From: Negaprion brevirostris
Taxonomy: Eukaryota
Direction of reading: 5' to 3'
Assembly: GCA_030324005.1 (NCBI GenBank)
Contig: JARDVH010000084.1
Location: 50,934,737-50,998,024 of the forward strand
Length of the DNA: 63,288 nucleotides
This document shows, piece by piece, positions 38,555 to 50,993 of this stretch (position 1 is its first letter; each line of letters opens with the position of its first letter). The translations under genes and the position numbers were made by a program. The notes beneath the pieces were generated by a model. The model saw only the letters and a program-made list of their open reading frames with translations. It did no database searches and was not told the DNA's origin.

Positions 38555-38950
38555 ATAAATGTTCACTCCATCTACCACTGAAGCACAATGGCAGCAGTGG
38601 GTACAATCTACAAGAGGCACTGCAGCAATTCATTACAACTCCTGAACAGCATCTTCTAAATCCGTGACCTCTACCACCCAGAAGGACAAGGGCAGAAAAT
38701 GCATGGGAACATGACCACCTGCAAGTTTTGTTCCAAGCCACACATAACCTTGAGATATATATATATATATCTGTTCCTTCACTGTCACTGGGTCAAAATC
38801 CTGGAACTCTCTTATCAGCTCTGTGCATATATTTGCATCACATGGGCTGCAGTGGCTCGAGAAGCAGTTCACCATTACCTTCTCAAGAGCAATTAGGGAT
38901 GGGCAATAAAAGCTGGCTTAGCCAGCAACACCCAGCCCACTTTAATGAAA
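38555..38950 (+). mobile_element. LINE 'family B' 3' end with an internal (TA)n
   Basis: gcatgggaacatgaccacctgcaagtt...gcaattagggatgggcaataaa. Confidence 0.8.
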
Positions 38951-41900
38951 AAAAACACTACAAAGTCGGGCAAGGAAAGAGGTTGCAACTGGTGCCAGTT
39001 CACTAGCGGTTATTTGCTGTTATTTGNNNNNNNNNNNNNNNNNNNNNNNNNNNNNNNNNNNNNNNNNNNNNNNNNNNNNNNNNNNNNNNNNNNNNNNNNN
39101 NNNNNNNNNNNNNNNNNNNNNNNNNNNNNNNNNNNNNNNNNNNNNNNNNNNNNNNNNNNNNNNNNNNNNNNNNNNNNNNNNNNNNNNNNNNNNNNNNNNN
39201 NNNNNNNNNNNNNNNNNNNNNNNNNNNNNNNNNNNNNNNNNNNNNNNNNNNNNNNNNNNNNNNNNNNNNNNNNNNNNNNNNNNNNNNNNNNNNNNNNNNN
39301 NNNNNNNNNNNNNNNNNNNNNNNNNNNNNNNNNNNNNNNNNNNNNNNNNNNNNNNNNNNNNNNNNNNNNNNNNNNNNNNNNNNNNNNNNNNNNNNNNNNN
39401 NNNNNNNNNNNNNNNNNNNNNNNNNNNNNNNNNNNNNNNNNNNNNNNNNNNNNNNNNNNNNNNNNNNNNNNNNNNNNNNNNNNNNNNNNNNNNNNNNNNN
39501 NNNNNNNNNNNNNNNNNNNNNNNNNNNNNCAGGGTAGGTGTAGGAAAATGCTTTGTTAAAATGGCGGCCTGGGCTCGTTGGGCCGAAGGGCCTGTTTCCC
39601 GTGCTGGGTTGTTCTTTGTTCTTTGAACTGCTGAGTCAGATTTTGGGTAGAATGGAGCACTCGATTGTTCCTCTCCTGGATTTGTTGGCATGCAAGTATT
39701 GTTAAGCGCTCATCTCTCATGATGCCAAAATTGTGGAGCTTGCAGCAGATGACTGTAAATATTGAGTTCCACTCAGTAATGAACTGCAGGAATTCCTAAA
39801 TAACGCAAATAGTGGAAGTGTTTTTTGAGAATGCCAGTTGCATAATCTGGAAACCTGTCATGCAGTCAGAACTCATTTAGTCTGTTTTTCTCCCATCAAC
39901 GGGGAAGGAAATATAAGTGTTTCTGTCCCTTTGTGGAGCCTTGGTGACCACCCTGATACATCAGTCATTGCAAATTATGCACCATTGCTTATGTTACAAT
40001 CTTGAGAGAGACCATTAACTTTTAAAGAGACATTCAAACTCTCAGTTGTTAGGTGAAGGAATTGCAACGAAAGGTTTCTCATTTTAAAGTTTTTACTATG
40101 CAAAAATCAAACAAAACAAGTTCTAATTTAACGCTTAAAAATCTTAACAGATCATTTTCCGTTTTGTTTTCAATTCCTCCAGGAGTCCCTAAATGTTACA
40201 GGATCTTGAAGGGTTCCTTCACTTCTCCTGGGATCAAATATGGCATGCCACACTCAGGGGTTCAGTTTGATTTTCCTCAATATTCCTGTTGTTCAATGAC
40301 ACAGATTTCTTGGGGTCCTTCCACTAGCCTTCAACAAGCGATGCTCCAATGTTTTGTGGATACTCCAACACAAACATGGGCTTTGCTGACTTCTTGCTCA
40401 GTAGCTTCTGTCAAGCTGACTTGACAGCTTTCTCTCTGCCTATTTCCTGTTCAAGCTCCACAGGTACAACTGCCTGCTTCAATTCTATCCCCAAGCTGAC
40501 TAACTGTTTCTGAGACAAAACACATGGATTAGCTCAAAGCAAAATGCGGAATCCCCGTAATCTGTCCCCATGATAACATTGCATGCCTGGAATCTCCCAG
40601 ATAGAAATTGCAATTAATTTAAAGTTCCAAACATATGATGTGAAAGGCACATGTATACTTTAAGATCTTGCCATGTTTATCTGTTGTTTTCTTTGATCTG
40701 GGGAAACTACATGAGTAATTCACGTCACTAATGAAGACAAGATAGCATTCCTCAGATTTACTGTTTTCTTTTCCCCAGTTAAGTAGTCCCACCTGCTGTG
40801 TTATGGTTCTTTTATTTCTGACCTTGTAAGTACAAGTGGAAGAATGTTTATGTGATCTGGAAGCTCATGATTTCCAGAATTTAAGTGACTTTACACTTAA
40901 AAAATGTAACTTTCAAAACGTGAATCAGAAAGTTAAATATTTTCACAACCCTTTTGTAGCCTGCTGACGTAGCTCATATATTGCTCCTCAGTGAAGAGAA
41001 ATGCTCCCTGAGACCCCCTAGGACGTAGCTACCTGTCAGATCTCTCCTCCTCCCCCTTCTGGTGGATTATCTACTCTTTGCTTCTTCCTTCATACTCCCA
41101 GTCATCCTCTATTCCCAGAGAAATCTTACAAGGCCACCTATGACTGGAAGCAGATAATTTATAAACAAACAAACAATAACAGAAGTGTAAGAGCAGCCAG
41201 TTCCCCCCCTCTGCAAACAAATTGTGCTTCAGTGTAGGAACTCAGCAAATATCACCGAGAAATTGAGCAGCAGCCAGAAGTAATAATCAATTTACCTGTA
41301 AATCCCATATAATCTCTTTACATGCCATTGGAGAGGGGGCTTTCATTGCATTTACAGTCATATTTGGCTGAACAAGGTCAACACATTCCCAATTACTGGA
41401 GACTTCCTAAGTGGCAATCCCAGTTTACAAACAGTTTTGCACACTTATCTAGATGATTATTTTTCTCTTTGGCACCTTGTTGGCAATGATACTTGTGCAA
41501 ATAATCCTTCTCTCACCATGATGGCTTGCTGTGCACTTCATGCAATTCCATTGGCACAGATGCAGAAGACCTTGAACAAAATTTTCTATAATTTGTTAAC
41601 AGGGTGTGTTGGAGCTCCAATACAGTCTGCCCTTCAGAGATGAAAAGATTGTAGAATTTTGATAACATTTTCCAATAAGAATATTATTACTTTTTAATAT
41701 TATTCTGCAATAATGAATACTGCATTGTTTAATGACAATGTTTACCTCCCTAGTATGTAGTTGCATTGATTCTCTTTTCATTTTCTGTACCTTTTGTAAT
41801 GACTTTAACAAGACTCATGAGGTTAGTGCTTGGAGTCTGAGTTCCCCGATTAAGATCATCTGACCCCTTTAATCACATTTTAATTTGATGTTTTAAGTTT

Positions 41901-42009
41901 CCTTTCTGCTTTGTCTTTTGTTTCAGGCGTTTCCCCTCCTTTTAGGGAGCTGAGCTGACCCTTTTGAGTTAATTTGATTTCATTTATTTTGTTGGACAAC
42001 AAAAGATGT

Positions 42010-45000
42010 CCCTAATTGAGGTCATAATTGCCTCCCGAATCAGAGAACTTCATCTATATGTATATATATAATATATATACATATAGATTGTATCTGATCG
42101 ACTGGCTCTTCTGATTCTAACTTTATACCAGAAGCAGTCGTGGAGTGGAATAGAGTTTGCAAATAAAAGGAATCTGGTCAATGAATACCGGCCTCTTAGG
42201 AGTTATTTCAGTGGAGACGAGGCAGAAGAATGACCTAAAGGAACTTGTGTGCTAACAGCCGGCTTTGCTTGGGATAAGCCCTTTTTAGGCACCAAGCCTG
42301 AAACTAGATTCTTTTGACCGTGCTGTGTAGGCCCAATATGTGGAATGCATGCATTATCTTTCAAAAGTTAATGACATTGTGACAGATGAAAAGCAAATTA
42401 TCATTCTTCTAACCACTTGTGGACCATTGGCATTTGCTGTTGTTCACAGCTTAACTTTCCCAAAGGCACCAGATACTGAAACCTTCCAGGAATTGGTGGA
42501 AGCATGTGATTTTGGGGTGACGTTTAATAAAGAAACCATTTGGTATGTGGGATAAATAATACAACTATCCAAAAAAGCATGTTGGCTGAAGCCCAACTGG
42601 ACTTCAAACAGGCGCTACAGATAGCCATATCATTGGAAAATGCGGCCAGTGGTGCATGTGAGTTGTAAGGTGTCCCGATGGAAATGGACACCTACACTAA
42701 TTCGACTGAGTTCAAGAACCAACACAGAGCGCAGATGATTACATAGCCTCTGTCAGGAAGCATCTGGATACAAGGAAGCATAGGTCTGCCTGCAGTACAG
42801 CCCCATAGCAAAGCCAAGCTTTGACCACACAGACACTGTCCCTTCAGACTTCCACCCGACAAGGCATTGTAATTGTTGCCAGTGTGCAGAGCCAGANNNN
42901 NNNNNNCCAGAGCAGCACAGTAAGCCTTCAAGTTCCTCAGTTTAGGAAAATGACACATGGCCTGTATCCAGGAGAGTGCATGCCCTGGAAGATCCACCTA
43001 CATTCATCGTGGAACAATTGCACTGCATAGCAACATCCAAATTGGACCCAATTAAGATAACCATAAGATTAAATCGATGTTCTGTATTAATGGAGATCGA
43101 TGTAGGTGTGGCAATATCGGTGGTCAAAGAATCAGTGTTAAGTAATATTCACACTGGATTCCAACTAAGACTTGAGCAAGTCTGAGAACTTATACAGGGG
43201 AACCTCTAAGGGTTGTAGGTACGACATTGTTCCTGTCTTTTATGAAAGGTAACTGGTTCCATTACCATTAATGGTAGTGGAGGGTAAGGACCCAAGCCTA
43301 ATGGGGTGAAACTGATTGAGAGAAATTCGCTTGGGTTGGGTAAACATCTTCCAATTAGAAAATGGTCACTTGAGTGAAGTCCTGCCCAAATACCCAGAAG
43401 TTGCCCAAGATGGGCTGCCTGTTGAGATCTGGCTTTTAAGAGAACAAGGCACCAGCTTTGAATGTCTTAGCACGTTACAATCCTAGAAAAATGTTACTGC
43501 TAACCTACAATGTGTCTCCGTATGGCATCGGGATGGTATTGGTACATAGATGGTCAAATGGAGAGGAACGCACAATAGCATATGCCTCCAGGACCTTGGC
43601 CATAGCAGAAAGAAAGTATGCCCACATTGAAAAAGAAGGGTTGGCATTAACATTTGGAGTAAAGTATTTCTAAATGGGTGGAAATTTCTGATTGTCACTG
43701 ATTACAAGCCACTATTGGGACTTCTAGAAGAGGACAAAGCAGCGCCGCTGATAGCATCGATGGTATTCAGCAATGGACTCCATTATTGGCTGCCTACAAC
43801 TATCGGTTGAAGCAACGGTGGGAGCCTGAGTGGCAAGCGCGAGTGCCTTAAGTAGGCCAAGTTTAGCAGATGCCCACCAATGGTACCACAAGGAGAAGAG
43901 ATGGTAATGACCTTAAATTTTCTGGATACCCTTCCAGTGGCCACACGCAAAATGCGTCCTTGGACGGAAAAGACCCTGTCTTTACAAAAGTTAAACAGTT
44001 AATACTGACAGGGGAAATGGTAAGGCAGTACAGCCCCAATTCCATCCTTATTGGACTAGAAGAGAGTAGCTCATGGTAGAAGAATATTCTTTGGGGGGGG
44101 TTATTCTGAGTCAGAGCCACCATGTCATAGTGGCTGAACTACATCGCAGCCGTCCAGGAGTATCCAAAACAAAGATGTTGGCCAGAAGCTATGATTGGTG
44201 GCCTGAAATAGACATGTACGTAGCAGCATTCGTGGGTAAGTGCCAGGGATGCCAGCAAAGACAGATCTTTACCCAGAGGGTGGTGAGGGATTGGAATGCT
44301 CTGCCTGCGGCAGTTGTAAATGCGCCTAGTTTGGGGGCGTTTAAGAGATCCGTGGATAGGTTTATGGATGGAAAGGGATTGGTTTAGGTTAGAGGGTCAT
44401 TGCTTTTTAATTGGTCGGCGCAACATCGTGGGCCGAAGGGCCTGTTCTGCGCTGCAATGTTCTATGTTCTATGTTCTACATCTATAGACCCCCCTCTATC
44501 TACTCTGCCTGTTACATCCTCAAAGAATTCGAGCAAATTTGTGAAACATGATTTACCTTTCATAAAACTATGTTTACTAGGTTTAATTATATTCAGTTTT
44601 CCTAAACGACTAGTCATTTCTTCTTTGATTATTGGCTCTAGTGCATTGCCAATAATAGATGTTAAACTAACTGACTCATAGTTCCCTTCCTTCTGCCTTT
44701 CTCCTTTTTTTTCCCAATCTTTTGATGCCCTCGCCGAATTTAGAGATTTATGAAAAAATTTCAACCAATAGGTCCACTGTCTTTGAAGTGACATCCATTA
44801 AAATCCCAGAGTGCAGTTCTTTGTGTCCTGTCAATTGTCCATCTTTAGCCCTTACGTTTCTCTGATACTCTATCCCTTGTGACTGGGATTTTTGTTAGTT
44901 CTACCATGATATTTTAAATCAACCCATCTGAAAACTTTGGGATATTTCCACAGTGAAGACTGAGACAAAAAATACTATTGAGCATATCAGCTATTTCTTT

Positions 45001-47361
45001 GTTTGGTGTTATTAAATCACCGCTTTGCAACCGTGCTGCCCCAATACTCTGTCATCCCTGCCATTTATATATCCATAAAAAAATCTTATTGTTTGTTTTA
45101 GTGCTAAATGCAAGTTTTCTCTCAAAACTCATTTTCACCCCTCTTATGAGCTTCTCAGTCTTTTATTGCTGGATCCTAAAATCTTCCCAGTCGTTTGATC
45201 TTTTCTCACTTTGTATATCCTGCTTTTCACTTTAACATTATCCTTGACCTCCTTTGTTAAAAAATTTGCCTCTTTCTCGTGGAATCTCTCTTTTTGATTG
45301 GGATAAACTCTTGCTGAGCATTTTGGACCAGCTGTTTGAATATCTGCCACCGATCATCTACTAACCTGTACTTTAGCTTGTTTACCCAGTTCACCCTAGA
45401 CAACTCCTCCCTCATACCATTGTAATCGCTCTCATCTAAGTTGAAGACACTCGTGATGGACCTATGGCATTCACCTTCAAACTGTATCTGGAATTCTATC
45501 ATATTGTGGTCACTACACCCCAGAGGTTCTTTAACCACAGGATCCCTTATTAATTCATTTTCATTTACACAAAACCAAATCTAAAATAGCCCATTCCCAG
45601 TTAGGTTCCATATCATACTGCTCTAAAAAGCAATTCCCTCATGTACCCCTGATTTTTTTAAACCTTCCATTCTTGGAACTCTCCAGGAATGAATGGAGTT
45701 GCCCAATTGCTTATCATCAAGGATTTGATCACTCCATTTTTAATTAATCTTTCAAGTTCCATTTTAACACTTGGCTTAATAATGTATGGCTTAGTTCTTG
45801 CTTTTAAGCATTTTGGGTTATTATCAGGTTTTATCTTACGTTGTGACTGGACTCTGATCATTTCCCCTAAGTGAGAAGTCTCACAACACCAGGTTAAAGT
45901 CCAACAGGTTTATTTGATAGCAAAAGCTGCTCCTTCGTCAGGTGAGTGGGATTTCAGTTCACAAACAGGGCAAATNNNNNNNNNNNNNNNNNNNNNNNNN
46001 NNNNNNNNNNNNNNNNNNNNNNNNNNNNNNNNNNNNNNNNNNNNNNNNNNNNNNNNNNNNNNNNNNNNNNNNNNNTTTTAATTGGTCGGCGCAACATCGT
46101 GGACCGAAGGGCCTGTTCTGCGCTGGAGTGTTCTATGTTCTATGTTACCACCAGCAGCTCCCCTCGTTCATGGGAATGGCCAAGTAGACCATGGATGCGG
46201 CTGCACTTGGATAATGCAAAGTCATTCTTGGTCATAATGGACGCCTATTTCAAGTGGATGATTGCCCTAGGGTGCAGTTGACGACCACAACTATAACAGT
46301 AGAGAAAATTTGCACCTCATTTTGGCCACACGGGATCCCAGAGGTGTTGGCCTCTGACAATGGATTGACTTTTGCCAGCCAGGAGTTCACCCGGGTTCAT
46401 GAGGTCAAATGGGATTTGACAAATCAGGATGGCACCGTACCATCTATTGTCAAATTCAGGGAGAAAGCANNNNNNNNNNGTATCAGTGGACACCAACCTC
46501 TCCCATTGATTATAGAACAACCCCCACCCCCCAGACCACTATGGGAATAGCGTCTGCAGAATTGCTCATGGGCAGATGTCTCCCCACCAGATTATTTTTG
46601 CTCCTCCCAAACCTGGAGGGGAAGGTGAAAAAGTGACAAGAAGCCCAATACAAAGGCCATGACAATAGCAGCCAGCAGAGACAATTGGAGGCCTGTGGTA
46701 AGATCTAGGTAAAGAATTATGCCAATGGTCCTATGTAGTTACCAGGAATGGTGGACTCTAGGATGGCACCTGCATCCTACAAAATAATCAGGTGCAGGCC
46801 TCAAAATCACAGTTCGTCCTGGAGCCAACTGTGCCTAGCAGACCGAGAACTGAGGAGAGCTGTCCGGGTCAGCCAGCTCCATTTTTATGTCGCCCATCGT
46901 AAGGAACTCAAGAGTCTGAAATGGATACTGCCAATGAAGCTGAGGCTGTTCCTCTCTGCTGCGTGAGGAAGGGAGAGAACCAGAAACATGGTAACTTGTT
47001 AACTACACCCCTCCCAAGTCAGTCACTGAGTTGGAGGATGAGGATCAGGACCCAGTGCTGAAATGTCACAAGAGAGACATGAGATGCATGAACCAACAGG
47101 GTTCCCCAGACTTATGGGGAAGGGATGTAAAGGAAGCTTCAACAGGATCTATGAGGTTGGCCTCTTTGAGTATGAGCTCCTTGATTGAGGTCATAATTGC
47201 CTGCCCAACCAGGGAGCCTCCTGTGTATATAAATATGGGAGTGTCAGATCCACTGGCACTCCTGACTTTGATTTTGTACCTGAAGCACTCTAGGAGCAGA
47301 ATAGAGTTTATAATTTAAAGGAATCTGGTGAATGGATACCAACCCCTGATAAGTTATTTTA
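42010..47361 (+). mobile_element. Decayed Gypsy LTR retrotransposon: partial 5' LTR 42010-42210, 3' LTR 47126-47361
   Basis: LTR homology (attgaggtcataattgcc...aaggaatctggt...agttattt). PBS-like tggagacgagg at 42212 and PPT ggggaaggga before 47126. gag LLTTCGP; protease MEIDVGVAISV; RNase H IAYASRTL..AERKYAHIEKEGLA; integrase HxxxPG...KMLARSY.WWP...CQGC and GIPEVLASDNG. RT is largely deleted. Confidence 0.92.
44263..46147. mobile_element. Composite insert in the Gypsy integrase: CR1 3' end (+), CR1 ORF2 piece (-), Gypsy RT N-terminal piece (-), Penelope-like fragment, gap, second CR1 3' end (+)
   Basis: FTQRVVRDWNALP; SKHSFMKGKSCFTNLLEFFE; SDHNMIEF; KARTKPY..K..VKMELERL.KNGVI...SNWATP; (ttcta)n tails at about 44460 and 46130. 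Confidence 0.8.
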
Positions 47362-48099
47362 TCTTTCATCACAAAATAATTGCTCAATTCTAATAAGCTG
47401 CTGTAATTTGTACAATTTCATTGCCACAATGAAGTTAAAAACTAATCTGATACAAAAGTGTAAATTATCCACTTTGGCGCATGGAATTGTGCCCACCAGG
47501 AGTATATATTAAAAATATATTAGGGTCTCAATTCTTAACTTTCATTCACTGGCTGGAGTGGCCACAAAGTAAGCTTACCCTTAAACAGCGGACTCCATAA
47601 ATACTTTTTTTTCTTAAAAGAACACCATTTAATGATTAAAATGTTGTTTGCTATTTTAGAAAATGAGCTAAAAATTGGTTTCCCTTGATTTTTGGGTGCT
47701 GGGCTTCATGATTTGCAACCTGCCTGCACTGGTTTCCTTGGGGGGTGTGCAGCAAGTAAATTTAATACTGCGATTTAATTACCAGAGGGGCACTGTAGAG
47801 TGTTTTTGGAAGTGTTGTGGTGAGTTCTTTGAGTTGATAAGGAATGTTGCCACATGTTTATAAGGATAGCAAAGAAGTATGTTATTGGTCCACACTAAAA
47901 TTGCACCAGGTATGGTACCAGNNNNNNNNNNTACATTCTTTGCTCTTGGCTGATTTTGTGCTCTGCGGGGCTCTGTGTGCCATTTCACTGATAACAGGTG
48001 GTGCACTCAATCTGCTCTTAAAGGCAGGCTGCCCCACTTAAAGGGAATCTGCACCAAATAATGTTGATGTAATCTAAACCTTGGAATCTGGAACTCCAG

Positions 48100-48300
48100 T
48101 ACAAAGAAGGATTCCAAGGTAACAGATGCAACACTAGAGACATTGGTTATGCAGGTGGACAGGAGAAGAGAGACTGTGATCCAATGGGGATGAGGATGCC
48201 CTCAAGAGCCACCCTCCAAAAGGAGTAGGAACAATGGTGAGGTCAGTCAATTCTAGCATCTGGCTTTAAGGTGCACCAAAAGTCGAATGACCTCACTTAG
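48100..48300 (+). pseudogene. Myb/SANT-like DNA-binding gene remnant of a Harbinger-type transposon
   Basis: SKVTDATLETLVMQVDRRRETV...GMRMPSRATLQKE*EQ...C.K.NDL, resembling the Myb-like ORF of PIF/Harbinger elements. A weaker similar remnant lies at about 36930-37045. Confidence 0.6.
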
Positions 48301-48415
48301 AATCAGTGAATTCATCTTCATATGACATCTCTAACCCACTATACCGTTAGCTATCACACAGCTCAATACACCACACACCCATTACTCAGCAACATTGCCT
48401 GATACTCAGAATTCA

Positions 48416-48817
48416 GTAAGAAGTCTCTCAACANNNNNNNNNNNNNNNNNNNNNNNNNNNNNNNNNNNNNNNNNNNNNNNNNNNNNNNNNNNNNNNNNNN
48501 NNNNNNNNNNNNNNNNNNNNNNNNNNNNNNNNNAATTTACAGAATGATGATTGCAATGTGATTCTTTACAGCTAATCAAGTGTTGAAGGTACAGACAATG
48601 TGAGTGGACTCACTCACTGTAAAGAATCACATTCCAATCAATATTCTGTAAATTGAGTTTGTGTCTTTATATGCCCTGTTCGTGATTATAACTCCCACTC
48701 ACCTGACAAAGGAGCAGCCAGCACTCCAAAAGCTAGTGGCTTTTAGCACCAAATAAACCTGATATTGAGAGACTTCCTACTGTGTTTATCCCAGTCCAAC
48801 GCCAGCATCTTCACATC
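48416..48817. mobile_element. Penelope-like fold-back insertion
   Basis: Inverted arms, 12-bp TSD actcagaattca (48404-48415 and 48818-48829), degenerate core cacctgacaaaggagc...ctccaaaagctagtgg. Confidence 0.8.
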
Positions 48818-50319
48818 ACTCAGAATTCATACATAACATCCAGATACTTGTACTCCACCTCTGCTCACACCCATCACTTGCTGCCTCCTCATATCTCCAG
48901 CTATACAACTATAACAGGCATATCATCCAAACAGTGCAATGCAGCCAATGACATTCTGCCTCTCTATTCCAGGAGAAGGTGGGGTACAATGAAAGTGAGC
49001 TGAGCAGAATTGGTGGGAGACCAGATTGCCTGCATCTGAGGTGGCTCTCCACATCACAGGGCCAGCTGCAACAAAGCCCACGCCATCCAGCATGTTGAAA
49101 ACTTGATGATGGTATGTTCATGCCTCATGCCCCTTCTCTCCTCCCAGCTGGTCTCATCTTGAAAATGATATGATGAACAAGTTGTGTGACCATGGACCTC
49201 TTGCTTCCCACCCACTTCTGATTTGTTTTGCATGCAGACACCCAAGAACTGCCATCAACCCAGCCACAGCAGCCCAAGGAGCCAGAAGATGAGAAAGACC
49301 ACAGCATGGATGAAGTTGCCCCATCATTTGATATTGCATTTGCAACCAACTGCTCAAGTACCTTCGCTGAAAATATCTTGGAGGCTACTATTGAGTTTTC
49401 ACATGGTGAGCCACTGGGCATGAGTGGGCTGCATAGCCACACCAGCAATAAAGGTTGGTTCATATGTCAGCTAACCAGAGAGCAAGGTTGCAGATGAGTT
49501 CTGCGACAGAGAACTTGGTGAGGACCTGAAGTGATGCCATAAAGGAAAGTCGAATGACCTCACTAGAATCAGTGAATTCATCTTCATGTGACATCTCTAA
49601 CCCACCATACCATTAGCCATCACACAGCTCAATGCACTCATCTGATGAGCATTCACACCAATGCTAAGTGCATTGGCTGGACTGCCAATTAGCTGCCTGT
49701 TACTGCTGGAGAACACGGAGGAGTTCAGCTTTTGCTTAGCAGAGGACATCACACACAGCCTTGCTGCAGCCTCTGCTCCATCTCCCTTTTGTCCTGCTAA
49801 CCCAGATGCATTGCAACTGTCGGCTCCATACCTGGTGCAATTTTAGCGTGGACAGATAACATACTTCTTTGCTATCCTTGTAAATGCGGCAACACTCCTT
49901 GTCAAGCCAAAGAACTCACCACAACATCTTCAAAAACACTCTACAGTGCAGCTGGACATTTTGTAACAGGGGGCGTTCTTCAAAATTACCATGCTTGCAC
50001 GTTAGGTGGTTGGCCCCTCTGGCAGCTCAACACTTTCTTTGTGAATTATGCACAGATTTGTTGCCTGGATCTGTGTGACCTAAATTCAGAAGTTTGATGT
50101 CACAACAGCTATTAGGGCTGTGTGATGTCAGCGTCCCATCACTTACTTTCAGTGTGCATAGGGAACAGCAACGCAAACACACTCTCAAGATAGCTTACCA
50201 GAGTCAGCCAGTGGTGTTGCATGCACCTTCAGGAAGGTGCATAGCTCATGTGGAAGATAAAATTCACACTCAAAGTTTTTTAAATTCATTCACAGGATTG
50301 ACCGTTGCTGATAACATGA

Positions 50320-50616
50320 AGGCACAGTGATTAACACTGCTGTCTCATAGTGCTAAGGATCCAGGTTTGATTCCAGCCTTGGGTGACTGTGTGGAGTTCG
50401 CATGCTGTCCCCATGCGTCTGCGTGGCTTTCTTCTGGGTACTCCGTTTTCCTCTTACAAACCAAAAATGTGCAGGTGAAGTGGATTGGCTGTGATCAGTG
50501 AATGGGATTACGAGGATAGGGTGCAGGATTGGGCCAAGGCAGGGTGTTCTTTCGGAGGGTTCATAAGGACCCGATGAGCTGAATGGCCTCCTCCTGCATT
50601 GTCAGGATTCTATGGA
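50320..50616 (+). mobile_element. HE1-type V-SINE, near full length, with CR1-like tail
   Basis: Head ggcacagtgattaacactgctg; tail gctgaatggcctcctcctgcattg. Confidence 0.85.
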
Positions 50617-50810
50617 TTTATTGCCCATCCCTAATTGCCCCTGCACTGAGTAGCTCGTTAGACCATTTCAGAGTTCATTTTAAGATTCTGCCACATTGCT
50701 ATTGGTTTGGAATTGCTTGTAAGCCAGACCAGGTAAGGATGGCAGACTTCCTCCTCTAAAGGACATTAATGAACCAGATGGGTTTTTAACAACAATTGAT
50801 AATGGTTCCA
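50617..50810 (-). mobile_element. SINE 3' part sharing its tail with LINE 'family B'
   Basis: tttattgcccatccctaattgccc followed by a non-LINE body (ccagaccaggtaaggatggcag...gaaccagatgggttttt). Confidence 0.7.
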
Positions 50811-50919
50811 TATGTTCAAAGATCCAATGTTTGTAATTATAGCTATTCATGGTGGCTAACATGCACCATTTGCTCTATGACCCAATCCTTATAAATTCTG
50901 TTTGTTCCTTGTGTACTAG

Positions 50920-50993
50920 GTGTGGCAGCAGCAGCAGGTGTAGGAGTCATCGCAGTAGCAGTCTCTGTGATTTATTTTGGGAACTTCATTGGT
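50920..50993 (+). CDS. ODR4: ODR4-family exon encoding the C-terminal transmembrane anchor (GVAAAAGVGVIAVAVSVIYFGNFIG)
   Basis: tttgttccttgtgtactag| and |gtaagt, phase 1 to 0. Matches recalled GVIAAFTVAVLAAGISFHYF. Unspliced read-through gives VSVP* at 51008. Confidence 0.9.

Noticed and set aside
39992-40675. Possible LTR starting tgttacaatc; similar unexplained block at about 34960-35520
   Set aside because: No matching CA end with a TSD could be established by eye.
47660-47677. Possible 18-bp phase-1 linker exon (ENELKI)
   Set aside because: The acceptor is plausible but the donor (gtttcc) is poor and there is no homology support.
49228-49497. Acidic ORF (QPQQPKEPEDEKDHSMDE...) as a host exon
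   Set aside because: It lies within the decayed Harbinger-like region, and I found no splice sites compatible with the gene model.
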